A stretch of DNA of 41,734 nucleotides from IMG/VR virus record IMGVR_UViG_2850802633_000004. The stretch is one strand, 5' to 3'. Below, in pieces: positions 31,883 through 41,688 of the stretch; within the stretch, counting starts at the first letter, position 1, and each line of letters starts with the position of its first letter. The DNA is from a virus. Its lineage: Duplodnaviria > Heunggongvirae > Uroviricota > Caudoviricetes. Under the pieces are notes generated by a model. That model searched no databases, had not been told where the DNA came from, and worked only from the letters and a program-made list of their open reading frames with translations. A program made the position numbers and the translations under genes.

Positions 31883-32433
31883 CAAACGGTTTTTAGATCC
31901 CCGGAAGAGAATGCATCACGCATCGGTAGATAGAGCATATATTCAGCAAGATTTAGCCATACATCTACCCGACTGCAGCACGTCCGGAAACACCACTCAG
32001 GGTGTGCGTCATTCAGCAATTCAGCCATTTTACGCTTAGTCATCCCCCGCCCTTCATACCGTTGCCGGAGGACACTAATCAATCCAGGATGCTCTGCCAG
32101 CACCTCACTTATGACTCTATCAATACATAACGCCTCTGCATCAGTACAATGCGCCAGCCAGGTCTTTTGCTTGCCATTGATCATCTCTCGCAAAAACGCT
32201 TCCAGCTCAGGTTTCTCTATTCCCGCTTTTTTCATCCTGCGCAGGGCTTCATTGACGGCTGTTTTCGTCAATTTTTTGGATGCCAGCAACTGGTTAAACA
32301 TATTTCCCGTCTTACCGCCGCCAATATACGACCAGCGCCCCCACATGCGCAGTTTTCCCTGAATCCAGACACTTTCCAGCGTGGTGAGACGAAGGTGTTC
32401 CCCGCTTTTGCCTGTATTTGTTGGGTAAATCAT
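31879..32433 (-). CDS. Putative late-gene antiterminator Q (positional assignment)
   Basis: 184-aa ORF from internal Met (MIYPTNTGKSGEHL...), start overlaps ybcO-like stop (ATGA); followed by PR'/tR'-like signals; family not verified. Confidence 0.5.
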   Translation of the reverse strand: MIYPTNTGKSGEHLRLTTLESVWIQGKLRMWGRWSYIGGGKTGNMFNQLLASKKLTKTAVNEALRRMKKAGIEKPELEAFLREMINGKQKTWLAHCTDAEALCIDRVISEVLAEHPGLISVLRQRYEGRGMTKRKMAELLNDAHPEWCFRTCCSRVDVWLNLAEYMLYLPMRDAFSSGDLKTVC

Positions 32434-32720
32434 AAATAACCTTCCTTTCTCCAGATTTCTTGTGTGCGAAAAACACCTTCTGCATGCATCAGGCGTAATT
32501 CTTCTTTGGTGTAATCGCTGGTTTTTACCCGCCCGTCGATTAAATCGTGGCATGAGCTACAGGCAATCGCTGCCTGCATATCGTGTGGTTTTGTCGCTGT
32601 TCCGCACGTCCCCGCCAGCCTGTAATGCGCCAGCACAGAAGTTTCGGGATTGTGATTGCAGTAGCCAGGAATTCTGACGGTGCACATCTGCCCCCGCGCC
32701 GCTTTACGTAAATCCACCAT
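32430..32720 (-). CDS. ybcO: YbcO-like nin-region protein (DUF1364, Cys/His-rich putative nuclease)
   Basis: MVDLRKAARGQMCTVRIPGYCNHNPETSVLAH... closely parallels my recollection of E. coli DLP12 YbcO. Confidence 0.75.
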   Translation of the reverse strand: MVDLRKAARGQMCTVRIPGYCNHNPETSVLAHYRLAGTCGTATKPHDMQAAIACSSCHDLIDGRVKTSDYTKEELRLMHAEGVFRTQEIWRKEGYL

Positions 32721-33319
32721 TACGCAAACTCCAGTAACTGCGCGGCCACATTTTCGACTTCCTCCGGAGAGGAAAATTTACGGAACAGGATCCAGTTCCA
32801 CAGCACATTCAGTACAGATTTATAAACCTGCTGAAACTCGGTTTCGTCCATGTTCGCAAATGCGATAGATTTTGCCCTGCGCCCACGACTACCATCAGGA
32901 TAAATATGCTCGGTGTAAAATCCGGCCTGAATGGTTACCCACTCGCGGAAAGCGTCAAACGACTTTAGCAATGCCGTATCCCGGGTTCTGCATGTCGCAA
33001 CTGTATTAAGGTATTGCTCTGCGGCATCACTCAGGGCTGGAGTGTGTTCCCGACCTACTGATTCGCACAGGTAATCAACGAAGCCTGATACCAGTTTTCG
33101 TTCGCGAGGCGTGATCGCCCCACCGACCGGAGTCCAGTAATCAAATCCCAGTTGCAGGAGTTTGAAAAAACGCTTGTGGAATGCGTAGTTACGCACACGC
33201 TTAAAGTCTGCGTGTATCCACTCACCTATTTTGATTTGATGCAAAAAATCGCAACTCTCCGGCGTCGCCGGGAGAAGTAATCCGGAAGAGGTTTGTTTGA
33301 CCAGTTGTATATGCGCCAT
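32720..33319 (-). CDS. Lambdoid nin-region protein (DUF1367-like), 199 aa
   Basis: ORF immediately upstream of ybcO-like gene with overlapping start/stop; family from memory. Confidence 0.5.
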   Translation of the reverse strand: MAHIQLVKQTSSGLLLPATPESCDFLHQIKIGEWIHADFKRVRNYAFHKRFFKLLQLGFDYWTPVGGAITPRERKLVSGFVDYLCESVGREHTPALSDAAEQYLNTVATCRTRDTALLKSFDAFREWVTIQAGFYTEHIYPDGSRGRRAKSIAFANMDETEFQQVYKSVLNVLWNWILFRKFSSPEEVENVAAQLLEFA

Positions 33320-33452
33320 CGTAGTTCTCCGCTGGCGCAGTAGAATGGGTGTTCAGCCCGTTATGTAGTATACCAGAATTAATGCCAATACTAACAGGGT
33401 AATGCTGCCAACTTACTGATTTAGTGTATGATGGTGATTTTAAGGTGCTTGC

Positions 33453-33728
33453 GTGGCTTCCATTTCCATCAGATGTCCTTCCTGCTCCGCTACTGAAGGC
33501 GTGGTGCGTAACGGCAAAAGCACTGCCGGACATCAGCGCTATCTCTGCTCTCATTGCCGTAAAACATGGCAACTACAGTTCACTTACACCGCCTCTCAGC
33601 CCGGTACGCACCAGAAAATCATTGATATGGCCATGAATGGCGTCGGATGTCGCGCCAGTGCACGCATTATGGGCGTTGGCCTCAACACGGTTTTACGTCA
33701 CTTAAAAAACTCAGGCCGCAGTCGGTAA
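33453..33728 (+). CDS. insA: IS1 InsA
   Basis: 91-aa ORF. Confidence 0.9.
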   Translation: MASISIRCPSCSATEGVVRNGKSTAGHQRYLCSHCRKTWQLQFTYTASQPGTHQKIIDMAMNGVGCRASARIMGVGLNTVLRHLKNSGRSR

Positions 33729-34150
33729 CCTCGCGCATACAACCGGGCAGTGATGTGATTGTCTGCGCTGAAATGGACGAACATTGGGGCTACGTCGGTG
33801 CTAAATCACGTCAGCGCTGGCTGTTTTACGCGTATGACAGGATACGGAGGACGGTTGTGGCGCACGTCTTCGGTGAACGCACTCTGGCCACACTGGAGCG
33901 TCTTCTGAGCCTGCTGTCGGCCTTTGAGGTCGTGGTATGGATGACGGATGGCTGGCCGCTGTATGAACCACGCCTGAAGGGAAAGCTGCACGTTATCAGC
34001 AAGCGTTACACTCAGCGCATTGAGCGACATAATCTGAATCTGAGACAACATCTGGCAAGGCTGGTACGGAAGTCACTGTCGTTCTCAAAATCGGTGGAGC
34101 TGCATGACAAGGTCATCGGGCATTATCTGAACATAAAACACTATCAGTAA
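33647..34150 (+). CDS. insB: IS1 InsB
   Basis: 167-aa ORF. Confidence 0.85.
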   Translation: MSRQCTHYGRWPQHGFTSLKKLRPQSVTSRIQPGSDVIVCAEMDEHWGYVGAKSRQRWLFYAYDRIRRTVVAHVFGERTLATLERLLSLLSAFEVVVWMTDGWPLYEPRLKGKLHVISKRYTQRIERHNLNLRQHLARLVRKSLSFSKSVELHDKVIGHYLNIKHYQ

Positions 34151-34167
34151 GTTGGAGTCATTACCTA

Positions 34168-34419
34168 CTAACAGGATGCTCTGACTCGCAATTCATCCAG
34201 CAGTTTATCATTTCCCATAATGTCACTTACCCTCATCGGTAAAAAAATTGCCTTTCGACCATTACGATACATTATTGATTTTGGGGTTTCAGGGAAGTAA
34301 TCCATTTCGACTATAACTGACAGGTCATCACGACGTATGACTGCGTATTTGCTACTAAATAGTTTCTTTATTTTTTCCACGATGCCCCCAGGTTTATAAG
34401 TACAAACGGTTATATCCAC
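34168..34419 (-). CDS. Hypothetical protein (83 aa); stop codon lies in the IS1 target duplication
   Basis: ORF with AT-rich upstream region; no recognised family. Confidence 0.4.
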   Translation of the reverse strand: MDITVCTYKPGGIVEKIKKLFSSKYAVIRRDDLSVIVEMDYFPETPKSIMYRNGRKAIFLPMRVSDIMGNDKLLDELRVRASC

Positions 34420-34564
34420 ATAGAGACAAAAATATTAATCTGATAAATATTTATTTCACGCCGTATATTTGATTGTTTAATGTGCAAGTACAATGACTTT
34501 TATTTTTTGTTGTGTATATAATCAAATATATGGTTATTTTTCACCCTGCGTATTCAGCACGCAA

Positions 34565-34586
34565 CAAAAAACCCGCCGAAGCGGGT
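34565..34586 (-). terminator. Rho-independent terminator downstream of hokD (ACCCGC-cgaa-GCGGGT + U-run on minus)
   Basis: Read directly. Confidence 0.6.
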
Positions 34587-34655
34587 TTAGTGCGGGTGCG
34601 TTGAGGATGCCTGACACATGAGAGGTGGCGAGGGATTTCTCCCCCGCCTGGTCTC

Positions 34656-34811
34656 TTACTCCTCAGGTTCGTAAGCTGTGAAGACAGCGACCTCCGTCTG
34701 GCCGGTTCGGATTCGTACCTCGCAGAGGTCTTTCCTCGTTACCAGTGCCGTCACTATGACGGTTAAACAGATGACGATCAGGGCGATTAACATCGCCTTT
34801 TGCTGCTTCAT
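34656..34811 (-). CDS. hokD: Hok/Gef-family type I toxin (HokD/RelF-like, 51 aa)
   Basis: MKQQKAMLIALIVICLTVIVTALVTRKDLCEVRIRTGQTEVAVFTAYEPEE matches my recollection of E. coli HokD; in-frame upstream extension in ORF track is probably not translated. Confidence 0.85.
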   Translation of the reverse strand: MKQQKAMLIALIVICLTVIVTALVTRKDLCEVRIRTGQTEVAVFTAYEPEE

Positions 34812-35154
34812 AGCCTGCTTCTCCTTGCCTTTCGGCACGTAAGAGGCTAACCTACATTTGTGAGACATAGATTGGGCCTCAGATTAATGTTAAGCGTCTT
34901 GCAGGACGCGTAATGTTAACTGGGGCTTTTCTCTGTCTGCCTTACAGTGGCATGCCCGAGGCAGACAGCCTCAAGCACCCGCAGCAATCTTACCGATACC
35001 GATAAGAAAACGCTATTTTTTATTGCCAGCACCTTCTATCCAGGCTAATTTATCTGCGTCAGAACGGCGCAATGCGCTCGCCTGAGATACGTTTACTTGC
35101 CATGGTAACAACAGGTAACGGCAATTGCTGTTTCTGTTTTGTTTCCTTCAAAAA

Positions 35155-35180
35155 CCCCGGACCATCAATCCGGGGTTTTT
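35155..35180. terminator. Hairpin CCCCGGA-ccatcaa-TCCGGGG flanked by A4 and T5 runs, putative bidirectional terminator
   Basis: Read directly; lies between DUF551 gene and hokD. Confidence 0.55.
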
Positions 35181-35265
35181 GTTTGTTAACCCCAACGGCA
35201 AATCGAATACACCACCAGCGCCACCGCCATCGCAATTCCTACCGTGGTGAATGCCTCAGGCCAGG

Positions 35266-35631
35266 TCATTGATTCACCTCCTGCGGTGGTTCCGGTAGCG
35301 GCATCCAGTGAGTTGAGCTCTCTACTTCAACGCCGTCTTTGTCCACAAAAGCCATCTTATTCCCGCCACGAGTGGGGCAAAAAACCTTATCCCAGGAACC
35401 GGGGAATACATTCCCGAGATCATCGAGAAGAATCACATCGCAATATTCAGCAGGAACTGCATCACTACAGCTTATCCAGCCAGCCAGAGTTACCGGAGAG
35501 TTGCCAGCCTTACGCATGGCCATTTCCACGATTTCAACCATATCTCCTGGTGGAATTTTACAAAGTTGCCCAATACATTTCTGCTGCCTGGCATATTCGA
35601 GAATGTGCTCCAGTTTGGTTCGATTAATCAT
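35266..35631 (-). CDS. DUF551-family prophage protein (121 aa)
   Basis: C-terminus ...WISCSDAVPAE...THWMPLPEPP matches the DUF551 signature I recall from enterobacterial prophages. Confidence 0.6.
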   Translation of the reverse strand: MINRTKLEHILEYARQQKCIGQLCKIPPGDMVEIVEMAMRKAGNSPVTLAGWISCSDAVPAEYCDVILLDDLGNVFPGSWDKVFCPTRGGNKMAFVDKDGVEVESSTHWMPLPEPPQEVNQ

Positions 35632-36296
35632 TATTTATCTCCCTTAAGCATGGCAGCGCGGCAGGCGTTCCAGCCATCAACATAATCAAACGTATTACTA
35701 TCGTTTGGCCCGATTTCATCCGGCACTATCGGCTCTGGTTGGATAGTGACGTTGGCAAAGGCAGCACGCAAACCGGTTTTAATTTCTTCGATTTCATCAG
35801 AGCCAAGCGATGAATCTGACAGTGCGTGATGGAATGCGTAAGCCATGTCGTCGTTTACTGCAACCGGCACTGCCGGCGCTGCGTAAAGCGGTGTTATATC
35901 TGCCCGAAAATCACATGCTTTATGCAGTCGTACCCAACGCTCAACTTCCGCTTTGTAAAAATATATAGCAGTGAACGTATTAGATTCCTGGTCAACTTGA
36001 GTAAACGTCACCTTCCACGCTACAGCTACGGCTTTCCATCCATCAGGTTGTCGCATTCGCGGGGCAGCATAAAGCTCATGCATTCCATCAGGCAGCGAGT
36101 GACCCACATACTCACCGAACCCGTCAATACACATGCCCCCATCTTCAACAATGCATTCCGCTACAGGCTCTGCTTCCAGTGATGCCAGAGCGATAAGCGC
36201 CAGTTCACGAATTTCACCGCCGTCTATATCGTCAATATCATCGCGGCCAGAAATGTTAGCCAGCCATTGCAGTCGCTCTTTGGTAATAGTAGTCAT
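35631..36296 (-). CDS. Hypothetical prophage protein (221 aa) with internal LYAAP repeat
   Basis: ORF with start/stop overlaps to neighbours (operon-like); no family recognised. Confidence 0.5.
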   Translation of the reverse strand: MTTITKERLQWLANISGRDDIDDIDGGEIRELALIALASLEAEPVAECIVEDGGMCIDGFGEYVGHSLPDGMHELYAAPRMRQPDGWKAVAVAWKVTFTQVDQESNTFTAIYFYKAEVERWVRLHKACDFRADITPLYAAPAVPVAVNDDMAYAFHHALSDSSLGSDEIEEIKTGLRAAFANVTIQPEPIVPDEIGPNDSNTFDYVDGWNACRAAMLKGDK

Positions 36297-36658
36297 GCCG
36301 TAGCCCCTTCTTGATATTTTTCAAACCAGAACACAACCGGGTCAGATTTCATTTCAACCAATCCCATACGAACCAGCGCTTTGCCTTTCCCGGACGCAAG
36401 GAATTCACGACGACCATCACTGATAATTCGTCGATAATCTTCCAGGCTACTGCAATGCTTGTGCAGATTGCATGGGTGGCATTCTGGTACCATGTTGGAT
36501 ATATCGTCACGTTCCTGGTGAAGCATATTTCCATCAAAACGAATGACCGGTTTTACATGGTCTGCATGCCACTTTTCGCCAAGTTCGCAGCCGCAATAAG
36601 CGCAGCGACCACCGAACTTCATGCGCAGTTCTGCACGTTGTTTTTTCGTCAGTGCCAT
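36293..36658 (-). CDS. HNH endonuclease (about 121 aa from internal Met MALTKKQ)
   Basis: HNH motif CAYCGCEL...WHADHVKPV...NMVPECHPCNLHK. Confidence 0.7.
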   Translation of the reverse strand: MALTKKQRAELRMKFGGRCAYCGCELGEKWHADHVKPVIRFDGNMLHQERDDISNMVPECHPCNLHKHCSSLEDYRRIISDGRREFLASGKGKALVRMGLVEMKSDPVVFWFEKYQEGATA

Positions 36659-36970
36659 ATCAGCTTTCCTTATACGGATTAATTTTATTGTGCAGTGTGT
36701 TGAATGACGCCCATACCACGTCGTTATACAATTCAATAACTGGCTCAATTATTTTTCCGATTATCCAGACAAAAATTTGCGGGGATATCGGTGTCATCAA
36801 CACGATAAACAGAATGAGAAACAGGAATTCTGTTGTTCTACTCTTTCGCGGATATTTTTTTCTAAATAATGTAACCATTCATTACCGCCCTTTCGGGCGG
36901 TCTCCTGATGATTTGAGGGTGCAGAAATCCCTCCGGTTAAGGATTAAATTTTTAACAGTGCTAAATTTAA

Positions 36971-37327
36971 TTATTCAGTTCTGGATTTTGTCGCCCTGCG
37001 TATCCGCGCTTTCGCGTTACGCTCAATCTGTATCAGCTTTTCTATATTTCTCCGCCTTTCCTGTTCCTCCTGGCGCAATAGCCTTACATCATCTGCCAGT
37101 CTGGTTTCTCTTTTTGCCACAGAGAGCATCCAGTCAAACGGCTCCACAACCGCACCGCAGATTTTACAGCGGACCTGACGCTCTTTTTCGTCAACCCGTA
37201 CAGAGGCGTGATGGCAATATGGTCTTTCCGATGGCTTATAAAGAAAATTAACCTGATTACGAGGGTCATCCTCTTTTATCGGAAATAAAACGATATTGCT
37301 TAACTCATCTTCTGGTTTTATTTCCAT
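36971..37327 (-). CDS. Hypothetical Cys/His-containing phage protein (119 aa); IS600 copy 5 inserted 41 bp upstream of its start
   Basis: Start MEIKPEDE preceded by RBS AAGGAGAGGAG; ORF-track start at 37384 lies inside IS600. Confidence 0.5.
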   Translation of the reverse strand: MEIKPEDELSNIVLFPIKEDDPRNQVNFLYKPSERPYCHHASVRVDEKERQVRCKICGAVVEPFDWMLSVAKRETRLADDVRLLRQEEQERRRNIEKLIQIERNAKARIRRATKSRTE

Positions 37328-37411
37328 GCTCCTCTCCTTTGATGCGAATGCCAGCGGTAATTGAAGCCTGAGGTGTACTGGCAATAGCGGACACTACCAT
37401 TTGTTCTTTTT

Positions 37412-38230
37412 TTAAGCAGTCATCTGATGATATTTTTCCCTGAAGGCTGCCGGGGAGATATTCCCCAGACGAGAGTGACGACGCTGACGATTGTAGAAAA
37501 TCTCAATGTATTCCCGTATTACTGAGATGGCTTCATCCCGGTTATTAAAACGATAGTGGCTCAGGCTCTCATTTTTCAGCGTTCCCCAGAAGCTTTCCAT
37601 CGGAGCGTTGTCGTAACAGTTACCTTTACGCGACATTGATGTTTTCAGACCAGACTGCTCCTGTATGACCCGGTAATCGTATGCGCAGTACTGTGAACCT
37701 CGATCAGAGTGGTGGATTAGCCCGGCAGGTGGGCGCTGGCTCCTGAGCGCCATAAACAGGGCTTTACCTGTCAGCTCTTTTGTCATGCGCTCTCCCATGG
37801 CGTAGCCGACAATTTCACACGTATAAACATCTTTGATGCCAGCGAGGTACAACCATCCCTCCTGTGTGGCAACATACGTCAGGTCCGCCACCCAGACCTG
37901 ATTTGGTGCTGTAGGAGCGAACGTCTGGTTCAGCAGATTTGGCGCAACTGGCAGATTGTGGTTCGGGTTCGTAGTCGCTCTGAACTTGCGTTTCTGCTTA
38001 CAGCGTAGCCTCAGCTCCTTACGAAGACGTGCCAGTCGGTCACGACCAACGATGATGCCATTCTCTGCCAGCTCCGTCTGGAGCCGCCGGGTTCCATATG
38101 TTTCGCGAGTGCGGATATGTGCCACCTTAATCTCCAGTTTTAGCCGCTCATCACTTTGTTTTCTGTCTGAGGGTTCATGCTGTACCCAGTTGTAATAACC
38201 GCTCCTGGATACACCAAATACCTGACACAT
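37412..38230 (-). CDS. IS600 OrfB transposase
   Basis: 272-aa ORF. Confidence 0.9.
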   Translation of the reverse strand: MCQVFGVSRSGYYNWVQHEPSDRKQSDERLKLEIKVAHIRTRETYGTRRLQTELAENGIIVGRDRLARLRKELRLRCKQKRKFRATTNPNHNLPVAPNLLNQTFAPTAPNQVWVADLTYVATQEGWLYLAGIKDVYTCEIVGYAMGERMTKELTGKALFMALRSQRPPAGLIHHSDRGSQYCAYDYRVIQEQSGLKTSMSRKGNCYDNAPMESFWGTLKNESLSHYRFNNRDEAISVIREYIEIFYNRQRRHSRLGNISPAAFREKYHQMTA

Positions 38231-38265
38231 CGCTTCAATGGGAAATTGTTGTCGCCATTGTTCGA

Positions 38266-38568
38266 TTAACGCGTATTTTTCAGCGACTCCTGTGCAAAAT
38301 ACGCTGTTGCTTTTTTTAATATATCTCGCTCAAGGCGAGCTTCATTTAACGCCTTACGCAGTTGCAGAATTTCAGATTCCAGTTCAGCCACCGTGCGGGA
38401 ACCAGGAGTACCGAGCCCTTTTCTGGCGGCGGTAACCCATTGTCCTAAAGTGCCTTCAGGAAGGGATAATCGGGAAGCGCCTTCACTGATCGAAAGTTGA
38501 TTTTCAAGAACCGTTCTGACAGCTTCGGCTTTGAACTCTTTAGAGTAACGTTGGGTTTTTCTGCTCAT
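38266..38568 (-). CDS. IS600 OrfA
   Basis: 100-aa ORF. Confidence 0.9.
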   Translation of the reverse strand: MSRKTQRYSKEFKAEAVRTVLENQLSISEGASRLSLPEGTLGQWVTAARKGLGTPGSRTVAELESEILQLRKALNEARLERDILKKATAYFAQESLKNTR

Positions 38569-38651
38569 TATTAGCTCCTTCTGATGCCATTCTATTTCAG
38601 GAAGGAGTGTCCGTTAAACTCAGGCTACCTCAGCCTGATAGCTAATTTCAT

Positions 38652-39074
38652 TCACAGTATCGCCTCCTGAAAATTACCCTGATAGAAAGCCAGTACACGC
38701 TGCATAGCTTCGCTCTTCCGGCACTCGCGACAGATTATATTCAGGCGCCTGTCGTAGCGGCGTATTTCTCCGTCAGGTAATGACCAGATAAGGTCCGGAT
38801 CAACAACAACCGGTTTCCTCACCTTTACTCTCGAGAGTTTTTTGCGGGCGCTTTGCCAGTCCTTGCGAGCCTGTTCAGACGGGAATAAGCCGTAGCCAGA
38901 ATTATATACATCACCACTTGCGACCAGTTCTATGCATAAGCGACCGACAGACGCACGACTGATACCTGTTTCATCGGACAACTGCCGAATCGTGACCCGA
39001 CCGTCCTGATGCACGAGTTCCACAATTCGCGTCTTCAGTTCTTCCCGCTGTTCGGGAGTAAAAGGTTTCGCCAT
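38652..39074 (-). CDS. Ren-like HTH protein (140 aa)
   Basis: C-terminus IICRECRKSEAMQRVLAFYQ resembles lambda Ren C-terminus (from memory); sits directly downstream of the DnaC-like gene. Confidence 0.5.
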   Translation of the reverse strand: MAKPFTPEQREELKTRIVELVHQDGRVTIRQLSDETGISRASVGRLCIELVASGDVYNSGYGLFPSEQARKDWQSARKKLSRVKVRKPVVVDPDLIWSLPDGEIRRYDRRLNIICRECRKSEAMQRVLAFYQGNFQEAIL

Positions 39075-39088
39075 AAATCCTCCTGAAA

Positions 39089-39835
39089 CTACTTAACAAC
39101 CCTCGAATGGCTAACATTCGGACGCCAGCTCTCCCAGTTAAAATTAACCCAGCGCCCGCCTTTCATGACCATGCGATCCATCACCCGCTCGCCGAGAAGT
39201 GTATTCATCGCTGCATGGTTAATATTTGTCAGCATCCCCACACCGCGTAACGATGCCGTCCGGCGATCAACAATCTGGTTCAGTACCACCTGCTCGTTTT
39301 TCGTATCCCGCTGCATGCCAATTTCATCCAGGACCAGCAGGTCAACACCACAAAGCTCCTGTAAAAATTTTTCACCGGATTTGCCGTTGTCGTAGCTCTC
39401 ATGCAACACGCTCATGACATCGGACACGGTGACGATAATCACGCTACGCCCCTTCGCCATCAGCCGGTTGCCAATCGCGGCTGCAAGATGATTTTTTCCG
39501 GTGCCGGGCTTACCGCTGAACACAAAATTCGTACAGCCTGTCATCAGTTCGTCAGCTATGGATTTCGCCTGACTCAGTGCATGTCGCTGACCGTCGTTCT
39601 GCGCCCGGTAATTCGCAAACGAACACTTCCGGTGCAACGGCTGGATGCCGGAGCGGTTCAGGATTTTTTCCACCCGCAACTGACGATTCAGGCGGTTGAT
39701 CTCCTCGCAACGTTTCTGGCCTTCAGCAAGTTGCCACTCGCGCCACTCCGCAACCGTTCTGAATGGGGCGGTTACATGTGGTGGGGTCAGTCTGCGGATA
39801 CGCTCCAGAACGCCTCCTGTCGCAATATTTTTCAT
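39089..39835 (-). CDS. Phage replication protein, DnaC/IstB-like AAA+ helicase loader
   Basis: Walker A GKPGTGKNHLAAAIGN, Walker B DLLVLDEIG, LTNINHAAMNTLLGERVMDR closely parallel E. coli DnaC. Confidence 0.8.
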   Translation of the reverse strand: MKNIATGGVLERIRRLTPPHVTAPFRTVAEWREWQLAEGQKRCEEINRLNRQLRVEKILNRSGIQPLHRKCSFANYRAQNDGQRHALSQAKSIADELMTGCTNFVFSGKPGTGKNHLAAAIGNRLMAKGRSVIIVTVSDVMSVLHESYDNGKSGEKFLQELCGVDLLVLDEIGMQRDTKNEQVVLNQIVDRRTASLRGVGMLTNINHAAMNTLLGERVMDRMVMKGGRWVNFNWESWRPNVSHSRVVK

Positions 39836-39841
39836 GGTCTG

Positions 39842-40480
39842 TTACCCCCTGAAGCCTAGCGGGATCGCACTGTCCGGCAACGAGACGGTGTTAACCTGTC
39901 GGAGCAACGTCTCAGGCCGAACACCTTTCGGCGCGAACAGACCCTGGTATTCATTGGCGATGCTGTGTCGAATCACCTGCTCAGGTGTAAAACCCTGCTG
40001 ACGGAATTTTTCCAGTTCCCGTATCGCCCCGTTAGCGCCCAGCTCCGTTCGAATCGGTTTTCGCAATGCCTGCCTGAACTGGACCCACTCATGCCAGAGT
40101 GTTTCTGGCAACCAGTCGGGCAGATCAACTGACAACGGGTCAAATTTTTTCTGGCGAACAGCCCCACCGATAACCAGAATTCCCTGCTCGGTGTGCCTTG
40201 CGATATCACTGCGCCGCAAGACACATATCCCGGTTTCAACAGCACCGATTTTGAGCAGTGATTTCTGTCGCGGAGAATTTCGGTCAAGCTCGATCCCACA
40301 CCGGACACCGTTCCTGTCAGTCACGACGATATCAATCCGCCCTCCGCAACCGTCACCACGCTCTGGCACCGGATACTCACGACAGACATCCAGGCCAGCA
40401 GCCTGCAACGCAACCACCGCAGAATTACAAAATTCCGCTGCAGTACCGCCAGATAATCTCCCCTCAAGCACTCCAGCCAC
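39842..40480 (-). CDS. Putative phage replication initiation protein (O/DnaT-like position), possibly N-terminally truncated by IS2
   Basis: ORF immediately upstream of and translationally coupled to the dnaC-like gene; GTG start; IS2 copy 2 begins 100 bp upstream. Confidence 0.45.
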   Translation of the reverse strand: MAGVLEGRLSGGTAAEFCNSAVVALQAAGLDVCREYPVPERGDGCGGRIDIVVTDRNGVRCGIELDRNSPRQKSLLKIGAVETGICVLRRSDIARHTEQGILVIGGAVRQKKFDPLSVDLPDWLPETLWHEWVQFRQALRKPIRTELGANGAIRELEKFRQQGFTPEQVIRHSIANEYQGLFAPKGVRPETLLRQVNTVSLPDSAIPLGFRG

Positions 40481-40582
40481 AAAATCCCGAAACTCCCTTC
40501 CGGAAGGGAAGGGTTTGGGATGGGTTAGATCTGTTTTTAGATCTTTATCTGTATCTTTATTAGTTGCCTTTGTGTTGGCATC

Positions 40583-41688
40583 TAGACTGGCCCCCTGAAT
40601 CTCCAGACAACCAGTATCACTTATTTAAGTGATAGTCTTAATACTAGTTTTTAGACTAGTCATTGGAGAACAGATGATTGATGTCTTAGGGCCGGAGAAA
40701 CGCAGACGGCGTACCACACAGGAAAAGATCGCAATTGTTCAGCAGAGCTTTGAACCGGGGATGACGGTCTCCCTCGTTGCCCGGCAACATGGTGTAGCAG
40801 CCAGCCAGTTATTTCTCTGGCGTAAGCAATACCAGGAAGGAAGTCTTACTGCTGTGGCCGCCGGAGAACAGGTTGTTCCTGCCTCTGAACTTGCTGCCGC
40901 CATGAAGCAGATTAAAGAACTCCAGCGCCTGCTCGGCAAGAAAACGATGGAAAATGAACTCCTCAAAGAAGCCGTTGAATATGGACGGGCAAAAAAGTGG
41001 ATAGCGCACGCGCCCTTATTGCCCGGGGATGGGGAGTAAGCTTAGTCAGCCGTTGTCTCCGGGTGTCGCGTGCGCAGTTGCACGTCATTCTCAGACGAAC
41101 CGATGACTGGATGGATGGCCGCCGCAGTCGTCACACTGATGATACGGATGTGCTTCTCCGTATACACCATGTTATCGGAGAGCTGCCCACGTATGGTTAT
41201 CGTCGGGTATGGGCGCTGCTTCGCAGACAGGCAGAACTTGATGGTATGCCTGCGATCAATGCCAAACGTGTTTACCGGCTCATGCGCCAGAATGCGCTGT
41301 TGCTTGAGCGAAAACCTGCTGTACCGCCATCGAAACGGGCACATACAGGCAGAGTGGCCGTGAAAGAAAGCAATCAGCGATGGTGCTCTGACGGGTTCGA
41401 GTTCTGCTGTGATAACGGAGAGAGACTGCGTGTCACGTTCGCGCTGGACTGCTGTGATCGTGAGGCACTGCACTGGGCGGTGACTACCGGCGGCTTCAAC
41501 AGTGAAACAGTACAGGACGTCATGCTGGGAGCGGTGGAACGCCGCTTCGGCAACGATCTTCCGTCGTCTCCAGTGGAGTGGCTGACGGATAATGGTTCAT
41601 GCTACCGGGCTAATGAAACACGCCAGTTCGCCCGGATGTTGGGACTTGAACCGAAGAACACGGCGGTGCGGAGTCCGGAGAGTAACGT
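40583..41688 (+). mobile_element. IS2 copy 2, truncated at about 41688 where sequence diverges from IS2
   Basis: Left end identical to copy 1; from 41689 (after ...GGAGAGTAACG) sequence no longer matches copy 1. Confidence 0.8.
40674..41039 (+). CDS. insC: IS2 InsC
   Basis: Identical to 7806..8171. Confidence 0.9.

Larger units (their letters stand above)
33398..34165 (+). mobile_element. IS1 copy B (768 bp), 9-bp target duplication TACTAACAG
   Basis: Termini GGTAATGCTGCC... ...GGAGTCATTACC; identical 9-mers at 33389..33397 and 34166..34174. Confidence 0.9.
37369..38632 (-). mobile_element. IS600 copy 5 (1264 bp), 3-bp target duplication GCC
   Basis: Termini as other copies; GCC at 37366..37368 and 38633..38635. 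Confidence 0.9.

Noticed and set aside
34812-34868. In-frame upstream extension of hokD (MSHKCRLASYVPKGKEKQA)
   Set aside because: Hok toxins begin at MKQQKAM; the extension is probably leader sequence, and mok-type regulators are normally out of frame
36652-37251. 199-aa plus-strand ORF
   Set aside because: Antisense to the HNH and 119-aa minus-strand genes and their intergenic region; hydrophobic low-complexity product; likely spurious
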